This document shows, in pieces, positions 58,461 to 64,000 of a stretch of 64,000 nucleotides of DNA (positions are counted from its first letter, which is position 1; the number at the start of each line of letters is the position of its first letter). The notes under the pieces were generated by a model. It ran no database searches, was not told where the DNA came from, and saw only the letters and a list, made by a program, of their open reading frames with translations. The stretch spans positions 804 to 64,803 of the forward strand of contig DASTRD010000275.1 of NCBI GenBank assembly GCA_035761425.1, in the 5' to 3' direction. Made by a program: the position numbers and the translations under genes. The stretch comes from Povalibacter sp. GTDB lineage: Bacteria > Pseudomonadota > Gammaproteobacteria > Steroidobacterales > Steroidobacteraceae.

Positions 58461-58496
58461 CCCCGCGGTACGCAAGTGCCGCGGGGTTTTCTTTTT
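58461..58496 (+). terminator. Rho-independent terminator of the RRM gene
   Basis: CCCCGCGG-tacgcaagtg-CCGCGGGG followed by TTTTCTTTTT. Confidence 0.85.
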
Positions 58497-58745
58497 GGTG
58501 ATGGTGATGACTGAGCGTGACGAGCAAGAGAAAGCCTTGCATCCCCAACCGGCCATCGAAATGCGAGCGCAGGTTTTTCAACCGACCTCACTCACAGAAT
58601 TTCGGACGTGCTTCCCGGCCTTGAACCCAAACTGATGCGGTTTCATCTTGCCCGTCACCCGTCACACGTCACCCGTCACCCGTCACCCGTCATTTCGTCG
58701 CTCCCCATCACTTCCCTCACTACCTCCGTTATCAGCACTCCTTCT
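58497..58745. repeat. Split inverted array: GGTGATG/GTGACGAG units (left) and six CCGTCAC-type heptamers plus a degenerate tail (right), ~120-nt spacer
   Basis: Left arm 58497-58525: ggtgatg gtgatga ctgagc gtgacgag. Right arm 58652-58693: CCGTCAC CCGTCAC ACGTCAC CCGTCAC CCGTCAC CCGTCAT, decaying to tcgtcgc tccccatcac ttccctcac. Confidence 0.75.
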
Positions 58746-58950
58746 CCGCGACTGCCAGTCCGCATTTCTTGACCGACCTCACGAATTGCCATGTGCACCT
58801 GCGCCAATCTGGCGTGGAACCGCGCCGCGCGCTTCAGGATTGGAGAGAGTGGACGACGTCTGGAACCAAGGGAGTCGGAATTTCGTCGAAGTCGATGGTA
58901 TGGATCTTGAAAGCAGGAAGCTCGGTTGTCAGTGAACGAGGTGCAGACCG

Positions 58951-59580
58951 ATGGAGGATGCAGTTCATTCGGGCTCTCTGGTTGCCGTGACGAATCTGCG
59001 TGAGTTCTTTCATGACTCGATGCAGACAGCACTGCGGCAGCAGCACGTAGCAGTTGATGATCACACCGAGCACTACGTCGTGAATGTGCTCACCACCTTC
59101 GCCCGCTCCGAGGAACTCTACGAGCGGACACCTGAGGGTGTACGGCTCAGGCCGCTGGCGCACATGCTGGCGGAAGCCTCCGAAGCAAAAAGTCCCCAGC
59201 AACGCGACGGCGCCCTGCGTCGACTCGGCGACGTGTCCCTGTTCATCGCCGGATTCTTTGCACAGAGCTTCGCGCGCAAGCTGGTGGACGTGGACTACCA
59301 CATCGCCATGGGCGGTCGCGCATACGGAACGCTTGCGGAAAACATGCGCAGCACGATGCGCGGGCAGGCGGTGGCGACCGTGTTCCTCGAACTCGCGCAG
59401 AAATTTCAGCGGCTGGTCGACGTTCTGAACGATGTCGCGGAGATGTCGTACACGCACTCCGACAAGGACATCCTGCGTCAGTACGAAATCTGGATGAAGA
59501 CCGGCAGCCCGCGCGCTTACGGCATACTGAAACGACTCGGTGTCGAGCCGGTGCCGGTCGCTGCACGCAGCGAACACTGA
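58951..59580 (+). CDS. Hypothetical protein (209 aa, helical, no family recognised)
   Basis: Clean ORF with GAGG 8 nt upstream of the ATG and coding-like composition. Confidence 0.6.
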   Translation: MEDAVHSGSLVAVTNLREFFHDSMQTALRQQHVAVDDHTEHYVVNVLTTFARSEELYERTPEGVRLRPLAHMLAEASEAKSPQQRDGALRRLGDVSLFIAGFFAQSFARKLVDVDYHIAMGGRAYGTLAENMRSTMRGQAVATVFLELAQKFQRLVDVLNDVAEMSYTHSDKDILRQYEIWMKTGSPRAYGILKRLGVEPVPVAARSEH

Positions 59581-59622
59581 GCCGGGTACTCAGGTGAAAC
59601 CGGCAGGTCGCGAGGTCGCCAG

Positions 59623-60270
59623 ATGATCCTGAGAGAACTTCAGCAGTTGCTCGCGAAGTTGTACGACGCGCCGGTCGAGCACGACGTCGAGGACTATCTG
59701 ATCGAGGATCGGGCGCAGCTTGAAGCGCTGTCAGGAGAACCTGCGGCCGGCGATGAACAGGTCGTGCTGGTGGAACGAGATCACGAGGTCAGGGTCGGCG
59801 TGTACATCGATCGCGCGGTACTCGAGCGTCTGCACGATAGCGATCCGCTGACGGCGCTCGTGGATGGCAATCTTCAGGACTACTGCACGGCCCTGGAAGG
59901 CGTCAGCCACTTCCACTACCTGATGTGGAATCTGGCGCGCAATCGCAGCGTCTCGTTGCTCGAGCTCGAGTTGCAGGCCGACGTGGACAAATATGCTGGC
60001 GCAGTGAAGCTGGCAAGCGAGCAGTGCGCCGGTCGGTTACCGATTGCGCTGCATGAGCGGTTGTTCGATCGCGTTGGCTATCTGCCGGGGCTGTCGGTGG
60101 AGTGTCGGCGTCGCTACGAAGATGCCAATCGCTACGCGGCGCGGTTCTGTCGTTCGATCGAAGAACGATTTTTACGGGGGCGGCGCTTGCGGCCGGAGGC
60201 GTGGCTGGCAGAGGTGCGCCGCTTCTTCCGTCAGGATCATCACCAGAAGTTGCGCGAGGCGACGCGCTGA
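59623..60270 (+). CDS. Hypothetical protein (215 aa, no family recognised)
   Basis: ORF 42 nt after the previous gene on the same strand, with coding-like composition. Confidence 0.6.
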   Translation: MILRELQQLLAKLYDAPVEHDVEDYLIEDRAQLEALSGEPAAGDEQVVLVERDHEVRVGVYIDRAVLERLHDSDPLTALVDGNLQDYCTALEGVSHFHYLMWNLARNRSVSLLELELQADVDKYAGAVKLASEQCAGRLPIALHERLFDRVGYLPGLSVECRRRYEDANRYAARFCRSIEERFLRGRRLRPEAWLAEVRRFFRQDHHQKLREATR

Positions 60271-60288
60271 AGCATCAGCCCGTCAGGC

Positions 60289-60741
60289 TTACTCTTCGTC
60301 GGACTTGCCGTTGAGACGGCGCTTGGCCTCGATCCACTTCGAGAGTTCACGCAGATCGCGCTTCGGCTTGGTGGAGCGGCCCGACAGCATGCCGCTCTCG
60401 TATGGGTTGTAACCCATGCGCAGGCCTTTCGGATTCTGGCGAATGGGCGCGTTGCGCGGAGGTTCGTCTTCCACGATCGACAGGCCGGGATGCGACAGTG
60501 CCTTCCTGCGCAGACGCTCGCCGGTGTCGCTGTCTTCGTTGAGGCGATCGTCGCCCCATTCGAACTGCGCGTTGCCGCGATCGTCGAACCCGATTTTGCC
60601 CGCCTTGGCGGCCGTGTCATTGGAAACATTGACCTTGCGGGGCCGCAGGCGCAGTCCAAGCTTTTTGAGATCGTCTTCGTTCAACTTCAGCATCGTCCGG
60701 TGCGGTTCCAGCGCTGGAACCATCGCTGTCATTGTGGACAA
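60289..60741 (-). CDS. Hypothetical protein, charged and probably disordered (start uncertain, 60741 or 60693)
   Basis: ORF convergent with the previous pair. The sequence is Lys/Arg/Asp/Glu-rich with no hydrophobic core segments. Confidence 0.45.
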   Translation of the reverse strand: MSTMTAMVPALEPHRTMLKLNEDDLKKLGLRLRPRKVNVSNDTAAKAGKIGFDDRGNAQFEWGDDRLNEDSDTGERLRRKALSHPGLSIVEDEPPRNAPIRQNPKGLRMGYNPYESGMLSGRSTKPKRDLRELSKWIEAKRRLNGKSDEE

Positions 60742-60864
60742 ACCAGCGCTTTTTCGCTGTGTACAGCGTCACGCGGCCGGCTAGTGCATTGGCTGAACAG
60801 AATTCGCGGCAGCCGCCTGAATGAGTCTTGTGAGCCGCGCAGGCGATCCGCCTTTGACGTAATT

Positions 60865-61395
60865 TCAGCCTCGCTTCTCAAGAAGCGCGACTGCACGAAA
60901 AACTCCTACAACTGACTTGCCGTCACGCATCTCACCGGCCTGCGCCATGCGAACTGCTTCACGCAGGGGCTTCCAGTGAATCTCGAGTACTTCATGTTCT
61001 TCCGGGCGTGCAGTTGCAGCGTTCAGGCCCGTGGCGAGAAACAGATGGACGACTTCGGTGAACACGCCCGGCGAACTCACGACATCGCCCAGGCTTTCCC
61101 AACGGCTGGCCACGCATCCTGCTTCTTCCTCGAGTTCGCGCTGCGCGGTTGCCAGCGGCGGTTCGCGGTTGTCGATCTTGCCGGCCGGCAGTTCCCACAA
61201 CCAGCCCTGCGCCGCATGACGAAACTGGCGCAGCAGACAGATCTCGCCGCCATCGTTGATCGCCGCGACAGCGGCACCGCCCGGGTGATGAATGATTTCC
61301 AGATCGGCAACGCTGCCATTCGGCAGTTCGACGCGTTCGACATTGACTTCGATGACGCGGCCCTTGAAGTGAGTCTGTTTTGAAAGCAGGGGCAT
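60865..61395 (-). CDS. NUDIX hydrolase (ADP-ribose pyrophosphatase-like)
   Basis: Nudix box GKIDNREPPLATAQRELEEEAG. The start is at Met21 (MPLLSKQ). Confidence 0.85.
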   Translation of the reverse strand: MPLLSKQTHFKGRVIEVNVERVELPNGSVADLEIIHHPGGAAVAAINDGGEICLLRQFRHAAQGWLWELPAGKIDNREPPLATAQRELEEEAGCVASRWESLGDVVSSPGVFTEVVHLFLATGLNAATARPEEHEVLEIHWKPLREAVRMAQAGEMRDGKSVVGVFRAVALLEKRG

Positions 61396-61467
61396 TGGGA
61401 TCCGGATCTCAGTGATGCGGGGGTGATGTGCAAGGCAGTCTGGTCGCCAGTACACGCGTGTTGCGCG

Positions 61468-61890
61468 CTAGCGCTTCTCGTCGACTTCGTCGACAGTGGC
61501 CTGTCCGGTCCAGCGTCGGTACAGGTGCGACCAGGACATGCCGACGGCGAGGATGAAGGCGAGCACCACGAGCCCGACCCAGGTCAGCGCGTTGGTGTTG
61601 GACAACGACAGCCAGCCCCAGCTCGCGAGCAACCAGATGAGGGCGGCGAACAGTGCAAATGCCAGCACCATGCCGAACACGCCGATGGATTTGAGCGTCG
61701 CACCCAGAAAGACAATCCACGCGATCAGCAACACGATGCCGCAGACCGCCTGCAGCGGAGTCACCTGCGGAAAACTGTGTGACACCATGTGCGCATATGA
61801 GTAGCCGCTCGGATTGAACGTCAGCAGGACCAGAATGAGCGCAAACGCTGCACGCAACAGAAATCCGCCAGCTGTCAGTTGTTCATTCAT
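61468..61890 (-). CDS. Small integral membrane protein (4 TM)
   Basis: Four hydrophobic segments. No function recognised. Confidence 0.6.
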   Translation of the reverse strand: MNEQLTAGGFLLRAAFALILVLLTFNPSGYSYAHMVSHSFPQVTPLQAVCGIVLLIAWIVFLGATLKSIGVFGMVLAFALFAALIWLLASWGWLSLSNTNALTWVGLVVLAFILAVGMSWSHLYRRWTGQATVDEVDEKR

Positions 61891-61937
61891 GAGCGTTGCG
61901 TCGGTTGCAGTCGAATGCGCGCAGGTGCTCGCGTGGC

Positions 61938-63125
61938 TCAGCCACGGGGACGGCCGCCTTCCTCCGCGGCTTCTTCGTCAGCGCCATCGGGTTCATCGTC
62001 CGCGCTGTCATCGCCACTCTTGTTGCCCCCGGCCCTGGCGTGTTCGATGCCAATGCGATACGCGGCGAAGCCGGGCAGCACCACCTGATTGAGCGCCATG
62101 CCCAGCACGCGCCCGCTGACCGGCGCATATACCCGGTACTGCTGATCGGACATCGGATCGGTCACGACGCCCAGCAATTCACCCTCGCTTACGCGCTCGC
62201 CCAGCGCCACGTCGGAGAACAGGATGCCGCCATTGTCGACGCGCACCCATCGCGATGCCCGGTACACGGGCTCGGGATCGCCCCAGTAGCGGCGCTGCTT
62301 GGTCATGTTGAGCGCGTACAGCAGCGTTTCGATGGCCTTGGCGCCGTGATCCACCTGTTCGGGCTGCACCCGCATGGGTTCGCCCATTTCGAACGTCACC
62401 GATGGAATGCCGGCGTCGTTGGCGGCGCGGCGCAGCGATCCCTTGTCACCCACGCTGTGCAGCACCACGGTTGAGCCGAACGCACGCGTCATGCGGGCAA
62501 TCGTGGGCGAGCGCAGGTCAGCGCGTATCTGCGGCAGGTTGGTGCGATTGAGCGAGCCGGTGTGCAGGTCGATCAATGCGGAACAGTGGCTGATGACTTC
62601 CGTGAACAGCGAATGCGCCATGCGGGTAGCGGCACTGCCACTGTCGTTGCCCGGGAAATAGCGATTCAGATCGCGCCGGTCCGGCAGATAGCGTGTGCCG
62701 CGATAGAAGCCCTGAATGTTGACGATGGGCACACTGATGATGGCCCCGTTCAGTTCTTCCACATCGATGTCATCGAGGACGCGGCGGGCCACCTCGATGC
62801 CGTTCAGTTCATCGCCATGCAACGCAGCGGTCAGACACACCACCGGGCCGGGCCCTTTGCCGTTCAGCACGACAACCGGCGCAGGCATGACAAAACCTTC
62901 CATCGACAGCCCGCCGCTCCAGGTCAGTCGCTTGCGGGTGCCGGGCGCGACGTCCGCGCCCAACAGACGCAGCTTGCCCTTGGGTTTGAGATCGGCAACC
63001 GGCGCCCGGTTGGCTGGTTCGGCGGCGCGGGCGGGCAGTTCCTGGCAGAGCAGGCCGGCGATTGCCAGCATGGCGCAGAGACCGGCGCGGCGTGCCGGAG
63101 TCGAAAACGGAGGCGGGTATGACAT
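61938..63125 (-). CDS. Succinylglutamate desuccinylase/aspartoacylase (AstE/AspA, M14-like) family protein, secreted, acidic C-terminal tail
   Basis: Signal peptide (LCAMLAIAGLLCQELPARA), zinc motif LTAALHGDELNG, and the tail DDSADDEPDGADEEAAEEGG. Confidence 0.8.
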   Translation of the reverse strand: MSYPPPFSTPARRAGLCAMLAIAGLLCQELPARAAEPANRAPVADLKPKGKLRLLGADVAPGTRKRLTWSGGLSMEGFVMPAPVVVLNGKGPGPVVCLTAALHGDELNGIEVARRVLDDIDVEELNGAIISVPIVNIQGFYRGTRYLPDRRDLNRYFPGNDSGSAATRMAHSLFTEVISHCSALIDLHTGSLNRTNLPQIRADLRSPTIARMTRAFGSTVVLHSVGDKGSLRRAANDAGIPSVTFEMGEPMRVQPEQVDHGAKAIETLLYALNMTKQRRYWGDPEPVYRASRWVRVDNGGILFSDVALGERVSEGELLGVVTDPMSDQQYRVYAPVSGRVLGMALNQVVLPGFAAYRIGIEHARAGGNKSGDDSADDEPDGADEEAAEEGGRPRG

Positions 63126-63240
63126 ATCGCGGCCGAAGATAGAGGAAACGGCGCGACGCGGCCACCTGGCGCGATGGCATGCGATACGGGACACCGCAAG
63201 CGATCCATCGATGATGGGATCGCCGCTGAAGGAAAGGACG

Positions 63241-63270
63241 GTGACGGGTCCGATCGGTCGGACCCGTCAC
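63241..63270 (-). terminator. Perfect 12-bp hairpin (GTGACGGGTCCG / CGGACCCGTCAC) just downstream of the second RRM gene
   Basis: It lies 10 nt after the stop at 63281 and is followed on the minus strand by CGUCCUUUCCUU. It uses the same GTGACGG/CCGTCAC motif as the tandem arrays. Confidence 0.65.
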
Positions 63271-63280
63271 GGATCGACGA

Positions 63281-63559
63281 TTACCAGCGAGGAGCGCCCT
63301 GGCGCGGCGGACGGGCCTCGCGCTCGCGAGCCTCGTTGACCCGCAGCGGACGGCCGCCCATGTCCATACCATTGGTTGCCTGAATGGCTTTCAGGGCATC
63401 TGCCGGCGGCATGTCGACGAAGCCGAAACCGCGCGGCCGGCCCGTTTCACGATCATTCACCAGCTTTACCGATTGAACGCTGCCGTACTGTTCGAACAGC
63501 TTGCGCACTTCCGCATCGGTAGCGCTGAACGGAAGATTTCCAACGTAGATCGTCGTCAT
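63281..63559 (-). CDS. RRM-type RNA-binding protein (paralogue of 58125-58430)
   Basis: RNP2 IYVGNL, RNP1 RGFGFVDM, and it ends in RW like the paralogue. Confidence 0.9.
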   Translation of the reverse strand: MTTIYVGNLPFSATDAEVRKLFEQYGSVQSVKLVNDRETGRPRGFGFVDMPPADALKAIQATNGMDMGGRPLRVNEAREREARPPRQGAPRW

Positions 63560-63831
63560 CGATGTTCACTCACTCACGGGAAAAACAGCAGCCGGCCGCC
63601 GTCACGGCTTCCTGCAGGAGCCGCATGGACGGAGGGGACGGATTGCGCCTTGGTCGTTCGCATCGAACTGATGGCGGATCGGGCAGGGATGCCGGATTGA
63701 AATGAGGTGGTCGCCGGAAGGCTTTCAGTTGAATGCGTTGTTGTGCTGACCGCGACCGATACTACGTCAGCACTATTGAGCTTGCAACGGTGCAGGGGCG
63801 CGAATTCCGCGGGAAAGTGGGGGTCTTGAGG

Positions 63832-63963
63832 GGTGAATGACGGAGTGACGGAGGTGACGATGGCAGGACTCTCATCACCAATGCTGCGACGCGGGTGAAT
63901 GTGCGCTCAACGCCGATGGCCCGCCGGTCGTCATGGAACCGCGAACCCGTCACGATGACGAGC
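63832..63963. repeat. GTGACGGAG-type units with CGTCAT/CCGTCAC partners upstream of the second RRM gene
   Basis: ggtgaatgacggaGTGACGGAgGTGACGAtgg ... ccggTCGTCATgg ... CCCGTCACgatgacgag. Less regular than the other loci, and the window ends shortly after. Confidence 0.5.
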
Positions 63964-64000
63964 AGCTCTCTCGTCGAGCCGCGACGTTCCCTGGATTCAT

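Overview
GC-rich (about two-thirds G+C by eye, not computed), densely coding chromosomal segment that looks gammaproteobacterial, with about 60 CDS. I saw no rRNA, tRNA, CRISPR array, transposase, integrase or phage gene. All protein calls rest on motif recognition from the supplied translations; no homology search was run.

The core is the type IV pilus (T4P) motor and chemosensory neighbourhood. From memory its order closely resembles P. aeruginosa PA0392-PA0415:
- yggU-yggT-proC-yggS (minus strand)
- pilT-pilU plus an extra pilU paralogue
- pyrK-like-pyrB-ruvX-yqgE-tonB-gshB (minus strand)
- pilG-pilH-pilI-pilJ-chpA-chpC, with no pilK (CheR-type) or chpB (CheB-type) gene

The flanks are housekeeping or accessory genes:
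- ppnN 3' end, a ParA-like ATPase, htpG with a clear sigma-32 promoter, FKBP, TerB, HU
- rsmE, ampD, a BtuF-like binding protein, an SSF symporter, an ATL protein, two HAD hydrolases
- a vWA lipoprotein with an ECF sigma/anti-sigma pair, a GAF histidine kinase, yqhA, msrB, an APC permease
- a LytS/LytTR pair, an acyltransferase, an S9 peptidase, a FIST protein, GST, metZ
- two RRM RNA-binding proteins, NUDIX, an AstE-like protein

Most unusual observations:
1. A recurrent class of intergenic inverted arrays built from tandem 7-8 nt units. The units are GTGACGAG/CCGTCAC, GCTGGYCN/NGRCCAG and GGCTGTA/TGCAGCC. There are at least nine loci, and two of them bracket chpC.
2. A cluster encoding a Cys-phosphatase fused to an apparently degenerate ADP-ribosylglycohydrolase domain, followed by an HExxH metallopeptidase-like protein and a Ddl-like ATP-grasp ligase.
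3. A PyrK-like flavoprotein downstream of pyrB, in the position where PyrC' sits in Pseudomonas.
4. A CRP/Vfr-like dyad in the gshB/pilG divergent region.

No defence-island-like or mobile content was recognised.
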